This document shows, piece by piece, positions 1 through 10,700 of a stretch of DNA of 64,000 bases. The notes under the pieces are model-generated. The model saw only the letters and a list, made by a program, of their open reading frames with translations. It had not been told where the DNA came from and ran no database searches. The stretch is from IMG/VR virus record IMGVR_UViG_3300009376_000001, one strand, 5' to 3'. The stretch is from a virus. The position numbers and the translations under genes are program-made. Numbering within the stretch: the first letter of the stretch is position 1; each line of letters begins with the position of its first letter.

Positions 1-1299
1 ATCCTTAACTAAATCAGGGGGAACATAGGTATCTTCATTAGTTTCAGCTTCCATTGCTGCTTTAGTTGCTTGAGAAGGGCCAGAACTGACAGCAGCCCAC
101 GTTAATCCACCCGCATTTCCACTTTGTTTAGATAAAAATTCTCCATTATTACCAGCATTTGAGATATGAAGATTATCTTCATCCACCGATTGGCTAGACA
201 TATGTTCAAGGTCAATACTTCCAGCAGCATAATGCTGTGAATCAATCGCATCATTAGCAATACTAATTGTAGCTGCTCCATTAGCTCCTGCATCAGTTAA
301 TGTAATACCTGATCCCGCAGCTAATGTTCGTTCAGACGTTAATGAACCATTAGTACTCAACGTGACATAAGTAGCATCATTAGGGGCATTTGTTTGCACA
401 CCCGTAGATATTATCTCCCCACGATAGTGAAGAAGTACCATCCTAGCATTTTGAGAAGTAACTAACGCTACAGGCTTAGAAACTTGACCAGCCGTGCTAG
501 GTTCAGTCGCCGTTAACAGCCCTGCCGTAGTCTGGGACAAGAACAGAACCGTTCCCGCTGCTACGTTAGCTGCTGAAATGGCACCACCTGTAGCAATCTC
601 TCCATTAAGAGTAATAGTAAAGTCATTACCCGATACTGAAGTTACTACTCCGACAACTTCAGAATTCGCTGCCGAATCAGCTTGTGCTTTAGCATAAGTA
701 TCATTACCAGTAACCTTTACGGCTTCGCCTACAGCTAATCCATGACTACTTTGAGTAACTGCAATCTGGAAATCGCCTGTAATTGCAGCCTGTACAAAGG
801 CAGTAGTGGCGATTCTAGTCGAATCATTGCCAGAAGTTTGAGTTACAGCAGTAGCATTTCCAGTAATAGCCGGAGCAGTAAAAAGATTCGCAACAGTCAT
901 CTCTTTAACGGCCCCAGCCGACGAATCATGAACCAGTACACTATCACCTGTAGCAGGAGCAGCACCTAAATCAGTAGCATTAGTGATAGCTGTAGCAGTA
1001 ATAGCATCCGCCATACTACTTATTCCGCCTACATCACCTAATTCCACTCCCCAGAAACTAGCACCAGCTAAAGGAGCAGATCCGAAAGTGATTGTAGAGC
1101 CAGAAACTGTGAAAGCAGACCCTGGTTCTTGCATTACACCATCAACAGCAATCATTAAGGTAGCATCACGAACAACATAAATATTAGAACTACTTACCTG
1201 AAGGGTAAAAGCAACAGTACTTCCGTTAAAGCCGGAAGAAATGTCATCTAATATTCGAAATGCACCTGATTTACTAGGTGCTCGTCCTATATAAGGCAT
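1..1299 (-). CDS. Tail fibre/virion structural protein, runs off the window edge
   Basis: ATG at 1299, frame open to base 1 (not in the ORF track). N-terminus MPYIGRAP..LDDISSGFNGST matches 12348-12695; contains the QSHG..GQVSKPV module and AMEAET..YVPPDLVK shared with 7650-8231. Confidence 0.8.
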   Translation of the reverse strand, partial: MPYIGRAPSKSGAFRILDDISSGFNGSTVAFTLQVSSSNIYVVRDATLMIAVDGVMQEPGSAFTVSGSTITFGSAPLAGASFWGVELGDVGGISSMADAITATAITNATDLGAAPATGDSVLVHDSSAGAVKEMTVANLFTAPAITGNATAVTQTSGNDSTRIATTAFVQAAITGDFQIAVTQSSHGLAVGEAVKVTGNDTYAKAQADSAANSEVVGVVTSVSGNDFTITLNGEIATGGAISAANVAAGTVLFLSQTTAGLLTATEPSTAGQVSKPVALVTSQNARMVLLHYRGEIISTGVQTNAPNDATYVTLSTNGSLTSERTLAAGSGITLTDAGANGAATISIANDAIDSQHYAAGSIDLEHMSSQSVDEDNLHISNAGNNGEFLSKQSGNAGGLTWAAVSSGPSQATKAAMEAETNEDTYVPPDLVKD

Positions 1300-1310
1300 T
1301 ACTTATCCTC

Positions 1311-1445
1311 TTATCTCATCCTCATAAGCTCTTTCATCTCTTCAAACGTAATACTGTCATCTGCTAATTTAGCTTCTAAAATCTCTAGTCTTGCTATACG
1401 TTCATTTCGTACAATAGCAGCTTGAGCCTCTTCTTCTTCAGTCAT
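1311..1445 (-). CDS. Small protein (44 aa), paralogue of 6179-6385
   Basis: MTEEEEAQ...LEAKLADDSITFEEMKELMRMR; C-terminus near-identical to the 6179 ORF; follows a fibre gene. Confidence 0.7.
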   Translation of the reverse strand: MTEEEEAQAAIVRNERIARLEILEAKLADDSITFEEMKELMRMR

Positions 1446-1455
1446 TAATCATCCT

Positions 1456-2832
1456 TTATGCTACTAACATACCTTCCCACCTTGAGTGGATATTGGTTGA
1501 ACCATTAATATCAACAGTCTTACTACCATTGCTAATTTTCAAGTCAACAACAACACCTTGTCCAGCATTCAAATCCATCATACAAGTGATTGATATTGGC
1601 GTGAAACTATTTGTTCCTGTAACCCCCGCATTGTAGGGGTCAAAATAATTTATATATTCTAACCACGGGGATGATGTTGTTTTAATTCTAATGTAACCTT
1701 CATCGTGACTAGATGAAATGCCTGTTAATGTTAATGCTGCTTCAAACCAGTATATTCCATCTACGGGAGCAGTAAAGGTAGAACCGCTTAAATTTGCACC
1801 GTAGTCCCAAAGCTCAGTATCCCAAACAACTACATAACCATCGTGATTTCCAGTTATATTAGAGATAGTAGAAGTAACTCTTGTTCCAAAACAAGGACTT
1901 TTAGGCTTATTAATAGAACCGTCCTCATTAAGAGTTAGTGCTAGTACTTCACCTGTTGCTCCATCTGGAACGGTATAAAAACGCATTTTTGAACCACGAT
2001 TGCTTGCACTCCATGCGTTATCAACACTATCGACTCTAATTCTAGCCCCTAACTCAAATGAATCTCCATCAGATGCTAGAAAATCTATTGCTCCTAAAAT
2101 CTCATTGGCCTCTAAAGTGGTATGACTACCTTTTGTAGCGTTATTAGATTTTTGTAAAACTAATCGAGCAGGATAATTGCTAGTAGTATATGCTTCGACT
2201 CTTAATCCAGTAGTAGCTGTTCCTGCTGTTCTAATGGCAAGAGCAGAAGCGTCCCAAGTAAAATCTGCACTTCCCCCGAAAGCACTACTGTTATTAAATT
2301 GAACATGTGTATTTGACCCACCTGGGCTTCCACCACCAGTAGCAGCAATAGTTAAATTATCTCCAGATGGAGTCAAAGTAATATTGGACCCAGCTACTAT
2401 AGTTAGATCATCAGCACTACCAGTACTAGGGGTTAATCGTAAAATAGCATCATTAGTAGAATCTACCCAACTAGTGCTGTAAGTAGTATTAGTATCAGCA
2501 GAAACAGAGGCCCATTCTAATACGCCTGCTCCACCACTATAGGAAGTAACCTTCAGATAATCATTAGCTGAAGGGACCGCTGCCGGAAGAGCCATTGTAT
2601 AAGACGTACTAACAGTGGCTGGAGACTCTAAAGCTATATAGTGGGACGAATCAGCATCTGAAAATCTAATCTCGCCCCGTGTAAGGAGAGTTAGATTACT
2701 ACCATCACTAGTAATACCAGTTATATTTCCAAAACTACCCGCACTGGTATCACCCCAGCGTACTAAACCATTATTAGTCGTACTACCTGGGAGTGTTAAG
2801 GCAGATGCATGATCAAATGCCGTATTAGCCAT
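1456..2832 (-). CDS. Tail fibre/receptor-binding protein with C-terminal C1q-like domain
   Basis: Ser/Thr/Gly-rich; GGSNTHVQFN fibre motif; C-terminal VVWDTELWDYG..FTAPVDGIYWF is a C1q-like signature. Confidence 0.75.
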   Translation of the reverse strand: MANTAFDHASALTLPGSTTNNGLVRWGDTSAGSFGNITGITSDGSNLTLLTRGEIRFSDADSSHYIALESPATVSTSYTMALPAAVPSANDYLKVTSYSGGAGVLEWASVSADTNTTYSTSWVDSTNDAILRLTPSTGSADDLTIVAGSNITLTPSGDNLTIAATGGGSPGGSNTHVQFNNSSAFGGSADFTWDASALAIRTAGTATTGLRVEAYTTSNYPARLVLQKSNNATKGSHTTLEANEILGAIDFLASDGDSFELGARIRVDSVDNAWSASNRGSKMRFYTVPDGATGEVLALTLNEDGSINKPKSPCFGTRVTSTISNITGNHDGYVVVWDTELWDYGANLSGSTFTAPVDGIYWFEAALTLTGISSSHDEGYIRIKTTSSPWLEYINYFDPYNAGVTGTNSFTPISITCMMDLNAGQGVVVDLKISNGSKTVDINGSTNIHSRWEGMLVA

Positions 2833-2846
2833 TTATTACTCCCTTA

Positions 2847-4532
2847 TTACCTACTAAACATTACGGATAAATTTACTGCTTCCCATCCAGTACTACCAGC
2901 AGTCCAATCTAATGAACACCCATCACTAGTAATAGTGCAAGTAGCTGATAATGACCATGTCCCATTAGAAATATGGACAATCTTTCCATTTCTAGCCCCA
3001 TAATAGCCATTAGACTGTAAACTAGTACAGAACTCAGAATCATCTTCGTCAGAATGACCTATAGATGAGCCACCAGTAGTAGTGCCTGTAGAAGCAATAA
3101 TCTCCACTTTTGTTGGCGTAAACCCTGCTCCTGTAATAGATTGGGGGTCACTAGTAGTTCCTTGAGTATAAGAGGTATAAACTCTCTTTGTACTTAAAGC
3201 ACTACTAGCAGCAGCCCAAGTTAATCCACCAGTATTTCCCGATTGTGCTGATAAAAACTGTCCATTGGTAGGTGCGTTACTAACTTTTAAATTCGCTTCA
3301 TCTATTATATTATCGGTGATTGAAACAACCCCAGCATTAGTCATAGTGGCCTCACCACTCAAAGCTGCTGCGGTAAATCCAGTACCATCACCAATAAGTA
3401 TCTGTGTGTCAGCTACCGCTTTATCACTTGCATCACCAGAAGAGTTAGCATCTCTAACTTTAACCGTATTAGCTGCCATATTTGCTAATTTAGCATTAGT
3501 AACAGCATCATCAGCTATCGCAGCCGTACTAGCACCAATAACTTCACCACGATATGGAAGTAAAAGCATCTTAGCGTTCTGCGTAGTGACTATTCCGACA
3601 GGTTTAGAGATCTGTCCAGTGGTTGATGGCTCTGTAGCTGTTAAATCACCTGCCGCTGAAGCACTTAAGAAGACAACTGTACCTGCTGCTACATCTGGAA
3701 CGGCTGCAGCGACATCAATCTCACCAGCTATGGTTAATGTGAAGTTATTAATATCCGCAACAACGGTCACAATACCAATAACTTCGGCATTTGCGGCTGA
3801 ATCAGCCTGTGCAGTAGCATATGCACCAGCAGAACCACTGGATTTAAGTACTTTTCCTACCGCAAAACCATGACTAGACTGTGTCACAGCATAAGAAGTG
3901 CTATTAAATCCTGTTATAGTGCCACTATTCGCTAAAGTAGCCCCGGAATCAATGGATAAAGTGGACCCATTAAGCACATTTAGTGTATTTGCAGTGAATC
4001 TGAAGTCATCAGCACCCGAAATCTGTACATCGATCTGATCATCGGTGTTTGCATGTATAGATGTATCCCCATCTACATCTAAAATCAGTTCTGAACCATT
4101 CACATCCCATGATTCTGTTGCAGATGAGATAACTTCACCACGATAGTTAACCATCAACATCTCAGAATTAGCAGTAGTGACTACAGCAACGGGTTTGGAG
4201 ATCTGAGCAGCCGTAGTAGGCTCAGTTGAGGTTAAATCCCCCGCACTAGAGGCAGATAAAAACAAAACAGACCCAGCAGTGACATTAGGAACAGCCCCAT
4301 CAACGGTAATTCGGCCTGAAAGGGCCATAGTGAAGGTATTTGCATCAATAACCTGGACAACAATGCCTACAACTTCAGCATTTGCAGCAGTATTAGCTAA
4401 AGCAGTAGCATAAGTACCATCAGAGCCACTGGATTTCAGTACTTTTCCAACTGTAAACCCGTGGCTTGACTGTGTAATCGTGACTAAATCGGCCCCACCC
4501 GAAAGTGAGGCTCCAATCTTAGTTAGGGTCAT
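2847..4532 (-). CDS. Tail fibre/virion structural protein with duplicated internal module
   Basis: Two copies of TQSSHGF.VGKVLKSSG..AEV.GIV..TEP...QISKPV; C-terminal GAGFTP domain shared with the 9289-10699 genes. Confidence 0.75.
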   Translation of the reverse strand: MTLTKIGASLSGGADLVTITQSSHGFTVGKVLKSSGSDGTYATALANTAANAEVVGIVVQVIDANTFTMALSGRITVDGAVPNVTAGSVLFLSASSAGDLTSTEPTTAAQISKPVAVVTTANSEMLMVNYRGEVISSATESWDVNGSELILDVDGDTSIHANTDDQIDVQISGADDFRFTANTLNVLNGSTLSIDSGATLANSGTITGFNSTSYAVTQSSHGFAVGKVLKSSGSAGAYATAQADSAANAEVIGIVTVVADINNFTLTIAGEIDVAAAVPDVAAGTVVFLSASAAGDLTATEPSTTGQISKPVGIVTTQNAKMLLLPYRGEVIGASTAAIADDAVTNAKLANMAANTVKVRDANSSGDASDKAVADTQILIGDGTGFTAAALSGEATMTNAGVVSITDNIIDEANLKVSNAPTNGQFLSAQSGNTGGLTWAAASSALSTKRVYTSYTQGTTSDPQSITGAGFTPTKVEIIASTGTTTGGSSIGHSDEDDSEFCTSLQSNGYYGARNGKIVHISNGTWSLSATCTITSDGCSLDWTAGSTGWEAVNLSVMFSR

Positions 4533-4600
4533 GCAGAATGCTCCAAGTTATCACTTTAGCCTATCTATTTTACCATAAATAGAGTTTAATTACTCACGAA

Positions 4601-4816
4601 TTAATGCCATCCCAAAGCAACACCAGTAATAGTCAAAGTGCCATTACCAAATGTAATTAGATCCGTATCAGCAGCCAATCCCATAGTAGTGGCACCGACA
4701 AGAATAGTAGAATCTTGAATCTGATTCCCACCGGTCCCATTCCAACGAACTAGAGCAGTACTAGTGCTACTCCCTGGAACTGTAAAAGGTGGTGCATGTG
4801 CTATTGCTGTAGGCAT
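4601..4816 (-). CDS. Short fibre-related protein (N-terminal attachment module only)
   Basis: MPTAIAH...PGSSTSTALVRWNGT is homologous to the N-termini of 1456-2832 and 4817-6175. Confidence 0.6.
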   Translation of the reverse strand: MPTAIAHAPPFTVPGSSTSTALVRWNGTGGNQIQDSTILVGATTMGLAADTDLITFGNGTLTITGVALGWH

Positions 4817-6175
4817 CTATCCTCCTAATGCAGTAACTTTAGCGTCCAATTCTTGGACTGCTTTCACTAGTGCCGTAGTAATTTGTGTCATAGTCACTGA
4901 TTTAAGGTCAGGTATACCATTTGGGTCACGTTTACTGCCTGCTTGTTCTTCATCAATATCTATATCAGCAGTCTCAACCGCTTCAGGAATAATTGCCTCT
5001 ACTTCTTGAGCTAGGAACCCATAGAATTTTTGACCAGGCTCTCCCCAACCTTTGCCAGCCATGAAATTATATTTCACAGGACGTAATTGAAGAACTTCAG
5101 CTAATCCTACTGTAGTATCTTCTATATTTTCCTTAATTCGTTGGTCTGAAATATCATTGGTCGCAGAACCGGAGAGAGTTCCATTTGCTGCAATTGTTAA
5201 ACGGGTATATCCAGAAGTTCCAAAGGTCATCTCAGCAGCACTTTCATTTAGAACTTGGAAAGTTCCATTAGACGAACCTTTACCCATATATCCTACTTGA
5301 GTATTATTCTGGTCTTGTATCCGTACCGTACCGTTAGCACCTGTACCCGATTGACTAGTATGTTTAATGTCTATTAAAGCTCCAGCAGCACCTGTATGCT
5401 CTATGAGAAGTGTATTGCCTGCTGCCAAAGTAACGACAGAAGAAGAAATAGTAGTGCGAGTTGTGCCACTAGCACGTAATTGCAAGGTATTATTATTATG
5501 GTCATATAAAACCCCACCTTGCCTATTATCCTGGGGAGAACCAAAGGCTAACTGAGTAGTATTAGCATTTGGAGACATTATGGCAATTCCAGCATTACCA
5601 CTATTTTCAACTACTAATTGCATATCTGTAGATGACGTTAATGAGCCAGCACTTCCTTCCCAAATATGTACTGATGTATGGTCAGGGGTAGGGGGAGAAG
5701 AAGCTAATCCTATCATCATAGCTGTTCCCGTATAGGTAAAAGTAGATTCAGCTTCTAAAGTGCTTGCGGTTCCAGAACCTGTTATAACAAAGTTATTAGC
5801 ATTATTATTAATAGTTGTTCCGGCTGCAGCTGCCCAAGTCAGCACACCTGAGCCATTAGTCTGCAAAAATTCATCCGCTGCCCCATCGTTCAGAGGTAAT
5901 GTAAACGTATAATCAGCACCCAAACCAGAAGGTGCAGCTATAGCAATATAATTTGCGCCTTCATAAAACCGTAATTCCTTCTCATCACCAGTTAAATGAA
6001 GATATCCAGTAGCCGTGACGTTATTTAGACCAGTAACGTTATTAGAACCATCAATAATGACTCCACTATCTAATAATGCGTTTCCACTGGTCCCAGACCA
6101 CTTAACTACAGCAGTATTTGTACTACTGCCAGGAAAAGTAGCTACAGGATCATGATTTATTGCCGTATTAGCCAT
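4817..6175 (-). CDS. Tail fibre with C-terminal intramolecular chaperone (peptidase S74)
   Basis: SDQRIKENIEDT..LQLRPVKYNF..GFLAQEVE..LVKAVQEL S74 signature. Confidence 0.9.
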   Translation of the reverse strand: MANTAINHDPVATFPGSSTNTAVVKWSGTSGNALLDSGVIIDGSNNVTGLNNVTATGYLHLTGDEKELRFYEGANYIAIAAPSGLGADYTFTLPLNDGAADEFLQTNGSGVLTWAAAAGTTINNNANNFVITGSGTASTLEAESTFTYTGTAMMIGLASSPPTPDHTSVHIWEGSAGSLTSSTDMQLVVENSGNAGIAIMSPNANTTQLAFGSPQDNRQGGVLYDHNNNTLQLRASGTTRTTISSSVVTLAAGNTLLIEHTGAAGALIDIKHTSQSGTGANGTVRIQDQNNTQVGYMGKGSSNGTFQVLNESAAEMTFGTSGYTRLTIAANGTLSGSATNDISDQRIKENIEDTTVGLAEVLQLRPVKYNFMAGKGWGEPGQKFYGFLAQEVEAIIPEAVETADIDIDEEQAGSKRDPNGIPDLKSVTMTQITTALVKAVQELDAKVTALGG

Positions 6176-6178
6176 TGA

Positions 6179-6385
6179 TTATCTCCGTAATCTCATAAGT
6201 TCTTTCATTTCGTCAAAAGAAATACTATCGTCAGCCAACTTAGCTTCTAAAACATCTTGTCTTGTTTGAAGTTCATCTCTAGCAGCCATATCGATAGCAA
6301 CTTGAACTTCTTCAGCATCCCTTGTGGTTTCTTCTTCAGGGGTAAATTGAATCATTTCACCATCTATATTATGAAATCTAGGCAT
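6179..6385 (-). CDS. Small fibre-associated protein
   Basis: MPRFHNIDGEMIQFTPEEE..; start coupled (TAATG) to the upstream gene. Confidence 0.7.
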   Translation of the reverse strand: MPRFHNIDGEMIQFTPEEETTRDAEEVQVAIDMAARDELQTRQDVLEAKLADDSISFDEMKELMRLRR

Positions 6386-7095
6386 TATGTATGTTTCAAC
6401 CCCCAAACAGTTAACCGTCCAGTAGCGACATTTCCTGAATTTGCCCTAATTTGAATACGGTCTATATCAATAGTTGTATTTCTAGCCCCGATAAATGTAC
6501 CCCCAATCATATTAGCCCCGTAATAAGAAACTCCTTGACCTGTAAACGTAGCCATTGTTGAACCACCGCTTCCTCCATTTCTATATAACCAACAATGAAA
6601 TCCTCCTCCATGCCAAGACTGAGACTGAGAACTCATATAATTAAGGACTAAAATAAATGTAGCCCCTTCACTAGAATACGCAGTATGGGCAGTACTCCCA
6701 GCTTGTAAATATTCTACTGAATACGAATAATCACTTGAACCACTATCTACACCGCTAGAATCTCCACACCTAAGTTGTAATTGTGCTGAATGAGTAGCTA
6801 ATGTAATTTCAGAACCTACTATCAAAAAAGCATCATAGGTATTGGTTAAACCTGTAATAGTGACATCAGAAGCACTAGAGATAGTCGTGGTATTAACAAG
6901 TGTTAAAGCTCCACCGCCAGCAGCAGCCCAAGCGTTATCTCCTCTTAAAAAGGTAGAGTTAGACGCTGTCCCAGAAGCAGATAATTCCGCAACACCAATA
7001 GCATCATCAGCTACTTTTGCATTAGTAACAGCATTATCTGGCAGATCTGTAGCTTGTAATAATTGTCCAGCAGAATTGTATACTTGCCAGGGCAT
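6385..7095 (-). CDS. Tail fibre-like virion protein
   Basis: MPWxVYNSxGxLLQ N-terminus shared with 7650 and 11374; STFLRGDNAW fibre motif; beta-rich C-domain. Confidence 0.7.
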   Translation of the reverse strand: MPWQVYNSAGQLLQATDLPDNAVTNAKVADDAIGVAELSASGTASNSTFLRGDNAWAAAGGGALTLVNTTTISSASDVTITGLTNTYDAFLIVGSEITLATHSAQLQLRCGDSSGVDSGSSDYSYSVEYLQAGSTAHTAYSSEGATFILVLNYMSSQSQSWHGGGFHCWLYRNGGSGGSTMATFTGQGVSYYGANMIGGTFIGARNTTIDIDRIQIRANSGNVATGRLTVWGLKHT

Positions 7096-7098
7096 AAA

Positions 7099-7650
7099 TT
7101 ACTCCCTTGCCGGTAATTCGGCAGGCCACTTGGCCTTGAGTTTCTCCGGTGTATCCACGTCGGTAGTGATATCGAAGGTTGCAGGGATGTCTCTCAGAGT
7201 CTGCTTCTTGGTATTTACAGCCTCTTGTGCTGAACTATCTCCAGCTTCTAAAGCCTTGAGCATATTGAGGTCTTCCTTCACCAGTTCCGCGTTTCTGACT
7301 ACCCGAATCTTGTCCATGTGGACGGCCCTGGCTTTCTCCATGTTGACCTTGGGAGTGCCGTCGGTGTCCATCTCCCAGGCTCCTCGTTCAGCACTCTGGT
7401 TGCCATTACTGTCTGGCATACCAGCATATCTGAAATCCTGGCCCGAACACTCAGCGTTGATTTTTGCTGTTTGGTCAGCACTTTCAACGTAATGGTGAGG
7501 ATGGTCGATTGCGATACCATAGCCACCTACCGCAACTAGCCTGGCCCACACACGTTCCAAACATGCTTCTTCGGTTTCTCCCTCTTTATAGGCAGGGGAT
7601 GTAACTCGATAACGTCCTTGCAAATCCACCCATGTAATTACTTTAGGCAT
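7099..7650 (-). CDS. Putative tail fibre assembly/chaperone protein
   Basis: C-terminal IRVVRNAEL..KKQTLRDIPA..WPAEL resembles phage fibre-assembly chaperones; lies between fibre genes. Confidence 0.55.
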   Translation of the reverse strand: MPKVITWVDLQGRYRVTSPAYKEGETEEACLERVWARLVAVGGYGIAIDHPHHYVESADQTAKINAECSGQDFRYAGMPDSNGNQSAERGAWEMDTDGTPKVNMEKARAVHMDKIRVVRNAELVKEDLNMLKALEAGDSSAQEAVNTKKQTLRDIPATFDITTDVDTPEKLKAKWPAELPARE

Positions 7651-8231
7651 TATGCTTGTTTTCCAAAACAGGCTACGAAAGCGATGGTGTCGATTCTAGT
7701 TCCATCATGCTCTCGACAAACGGTTGTAAAAGTACCAGCGGCTTGGGCAGGAGTAGTCGTGACATACATATACGCTCCATTAGTCTGCGTTTCTACTGTT
7801 GCTATAATCGAGTAGTATGCTGTGCTGAAATCGGTTGTAAGTATATGGTCAGTCTCACCAGTGTCCCCTCCATCAGTAACTGAATCGAAGTTCCATTCGT
7901 GTGTGCCTTCAGTAGTGCCGCCTTCATAACCGTGGGAGCCAGTCATTTCCCAGATAGCCCACGCCTTCGCCACCCCAGGTGAGTTCTTAACTAGGTCAGG
8001 CGGAACAAATAAAGACCCAGTTGCTTCCGCTTCCATATTGGCTTGTGTTGCTTCAGTTGGAGCAGTAACGGCAGCCCAAGTCAAACCTCCACCTTCTCCA
8101 GACTGCGCTTGAAGAAAATACCCATTTGTTGGAGCATTGCTTACATCGAGCTTACCTTCAACGATCGAATCGTCAGCAATAGCTAAACTCTGTAATAATT
8201 TTCCGTTAGAGTTATATACAGACCAAGGCAT
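7650..8231 (-). CDS. Tail fibre-like virion protein
   Basis: MPWSVYNS N-terminus; VSNAPTNG..LTWAA linker; SPGVAKAW..ACFG C-domain. Confidence 0.7.
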   Translation of the reverse strand: MPWSVYNSNGKLLQSLAIADDSIVEGKLDVSNAPTNGYFLQAQSGEGGGLTWAAVTAPTEATQANMEAEATGSLFVPPDLVKNSPGVAKAWAIWEMTGSHGYEGGTTEGTHEWNFDSVTDGGDTGETDHILTTDFSTAYYSIIATVETQTNGAYMYVTTTPAQAAGTFTTVCREHDGTRIDTIAFVACFGKQA

Positions 8232-8548
8232 TAAGTAATCTCCATCCCATAGATGGTATATGTGATTGAGGTGGCTGCATCTGCTACACCTGACATCGTA
8301 TCTGAGGCTTCCATGACTATTCCACCGCTGAATTCAGCCCATCCGCCAGCCTCAATAGTCATCGTAGGTAAGATAGCTTGAGCATCAGTAGTACCATCAT
8401 GATAAAGCTTTGCGGTATGATTAGCTCCAGTATTATTTACTAGCCTAATATGCCCAATAAGAGCCGAAGTATTAGCAGGAACCGTATATAAAGTCCCAGT
8501 TGAATTGGCTAATTGGCCTTGAGCTAACTTTTTATAAGTTTCTGCCAT
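8231..8548 (-). CDS. Small virion structural protein (MAETYKKL family)
   Basis: Paralogue of 12003-12338; LYTVPANT..AGGWAEF..YGMEIT. Confidence 0.7.
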   Translation of the reverse strand: MAETYKKLAQGQLANSTGTLYTVPANTSALIGHIRLVNNTGANHTAKLYHDGTTDAQAILPTMTIEAGGWAEFSGGIVMEASDTMSGVADAATSITYTIYGMEIT

Positions 8549-8551
8549 TAT

Positions 8552-9277
8552 TTATCCGCTCCACGTAAAGTAACCAAACGCTCTAGTACTTACAACAGTA
8601 GCTGCACCATTCGCACCTGCATCAGTTACTGCAATTCCATTACCACCAGTAAGGACACGTTCTCCTGATAAGGTTCCATTGACCCCTAAAGTTACATAAG
8701 TAGCATCAACTGGGGCAAAACTAGTTGCTCCACCACTGATAATTTCCCCACGAAATGGAACTAACACCATTTTATTGTTAGCTTCAGTAATAATTGCGAC
8801 TGGTTTAGATATTTGGTTAGTAGTACTCGGTTCAGTAGTCTGTGTACCTCCAGCAGAAGATGTAGAAAGATAAACTATATCTCCAGCAGTTGTACTATTA
8901 GGCACGGCAGCAGCAACAGTGATCTCACCTGAAGTGGCATAAGTGAAATTATTAGAATCAGTTACATCTATCACAATTCCAATGACTTCTGCATTGGCAG
9001 CAGTATCAGCTAACGCTTTGGCATAAGTATTATTAGTAGTCGTCATGCGAATAACATCGCCTACTGCAAAACCATGACTACTCTGAGCGACATCAATGTT
9101 GTTATCACCCAGATTAGTGACTATATAATCCTCTAAAACGGAAATATCCATCCGTTTTAGGACCCCAGCATCGGAGATAATAAGTTCGTCAGTGGAAACT
9201 AATCCAGCAGTTAAAGCAGTTTGAGCCGATACAAGATCGGAATCAACAAAACCACCAGCAATCGTTGTCTGTGCCAT
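8552..9277 (-). CDS. Virion structural protein with QSSHGF..QISKPV module
   Basis: Same module as 2847-4532 and 1-1299. Confidence 0.7.
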   Translation of the reverse strand: MAQTTIAGGFVDSDLVSAQTALTAGLVSTDELIISDAGVLKRMDISVLEDYIVTNLGDNNIDVAQSSHGFAVGDVIRMTTTNNTYAKALADTAANAEVIGIVIDVTDSNNFTYATSGEITVAAAVPNSTTAGDIVYLSTSSAGGTQTTEPSTTNQISKPVAIITEANNKMVLVPFRGEIISGGATSFAPVDATYVTLGVNGTLSGERVLTGGNGIAVTDAGANGAATVVSTRAFGYFTWSG

Positions 9278-9288
9278 TTAGTTATCTC

Positions 9289-9717
9289 CTATCGTAACCA
9301 CATAATTGCGAATACTAAACTGGAAGATGGAGTATATTCGGGGTCAAATAATATTGTTGCCCCATCTACCGTAAAAGCCGTTACAGAAGCTTGCCACCCT
9401 TCTGTACTCCCTGCGGTTTGTCTATATATTTTGGTAGAATCACCCCTACCTAAGTCTGATGTACTGTAATAAACAGTAGAAGTGGCTTGAATTATCGTTC
9501 CATCCTCTTGTTCAGCAGCATATCCTCCACCAAACCCAAAATATTGGTTAGAGCCTACAAAAATACAAGCTACAGGAGTAAATCCTGCACCTGTGAGGGT
9601 GGCTGACCCATACCCCTCACCAGTAGTTCTCTCATAATATACTACTTTGGAACGAATGGAATGTTGGCTACCAACAATACCATCATCTGTTCCTGTTAAT
9701 GTTACAAGTCCACTCAT
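9289..9717 (-). CDS. Virion protein, MSGLV family
   Basis: Start re-assigned to MSGLVT after a GAGGTG RBS; LTGAGFTPVACI motif. Confidence 0.65.
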   Translation of the reverse strand: MSGLVTLTGTDDGIVGSQHSIRSKVVYYERTTGEGYGSATLTGAGFTPVACIFVGSNQYFGFGGGYAAEQEDGTIIQATSTVYYSTSDLGRGDSTKIYRQTAGSTEGWQASVTAFTVDGATILFDPEYTPSSSLVFAIMWLR

Positions 9718-9719
9718 AA

Positions 9720-10208
9720 TCACCTCATAAATAATGCAGACCATTCTAGATTAGAGGACTGCGTACCTACAGTTTCACAATGAAAGGTAGCCCCATCACT
9801 ATCCCAGCTTTTTATGGATAAATACCAAGTATGGCTTGTTCCCATCGAACATTTATATACAACTGCTCCATCGGTTCCTGACACATTCGGTACTCCCTCA
9901 GTATTATTAAATCTACCAAACTCTGTGGACGTTCCAAACCCACTTCCACGTACAGCAAAACATGCTGCAAAATCTTCTACAGGGGTATTCATTAGCCCTT
10001 GCTTGGAAGCTATGCCCATACCGAAAGCATGTGGTTGATTTGCGCCAACGATGACACAGGCAGTAGGAGCAAAACCACATCCCGTAAGACTAATATCTGC
10101 ATCACCCTGACCATAAGCATGTTGATACGCTATCAATTTGGTTTGAAGGGTGCGTACATCCCCAATTACTCCATCATATACCCCGTCTATTCCTACTAAT
10201 CCGCTCAT
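9720..10208 (-). CDS. Virion protein, MSGLV family
   Basis: Start re-assigned to MSGLVG after a GAGG RBS; LTGCGFAPTACV motif. Confidence 0.65.
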   Translation of the reverse strand: MSGLVGIDGVYDGVIGDVRTLQTKLIAYQHAYGQGDADISLTGCGFAPTACVIVGANQPHAFGMGIASKQGLMNTPVEDFAACFAVRGSGFGTSTEFGRFNNTEGVPNVSGTDGAVVYKCSMGTSHTWYLSIKSWDSDGATFHCETVGTQSSNLEWSALFMR

Positions 10209-10210
10209 AA

Positions 10211-10699
10211 TTACCTCAACATTAATGTTCGACAAAATCCTGTCGATGAAGTTGCTACTGGTCTGTGCCAATATATATCCACACCAGAAGTATTAAGAGC
10301 AGTTATCTTATATTGCCACATATAGTTAGAACCAGCAGTTTGTCTATACATTTGACCTTCATTGCTAGGGCTACTATCATTATGACTTATCCACGGGCCT
10401 TCCCATCTCCCCCAATCCGAAGTAGCATTTCGTACACTAGAAGTTGAATTTCCTATGCTATTATTACTGCCAGAAGCTAAAGGTGTACTAGAAAAGATGC
10501 CCCAGCCTACACCATAAATGGTAGAAGTGCCATTACAACCCATATTAACTCCTGCTTTGGGTTGAAAATCTAGACTATAGGAAACTGTCCCAGTACTTTC
10601 TGACTGTGTACGAGAAACATCAAGTGCATCTACTCGTACTCTTCCACCATCTCCCACCAATGCTGATTTAGAACCTTTATGTCCTACTAATGCACTCAT
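10211..10699 (-). CDS. Virion protein, MSALV family
   Basis: Third tandem paralogue; YRQTAGS shared with the 9289 ORF. Confidence 0.65.
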   Translation of the reverse strand: MSALVGHKGSKSALVGDGGRVRVDALDVSRTQSESTGTVSYSLDFQPKAGVNMGCNGTSTIYGVGWGIFSSTPLASGSNNSIGNSTSSVRNATSDWGRWEGPWISHNDSSPSNEGQMYRQTAGSNYMWQYKITALNTSGVDIYWHRPVATSSTGFCRTLMLR

Positions 10700-10700
10700 G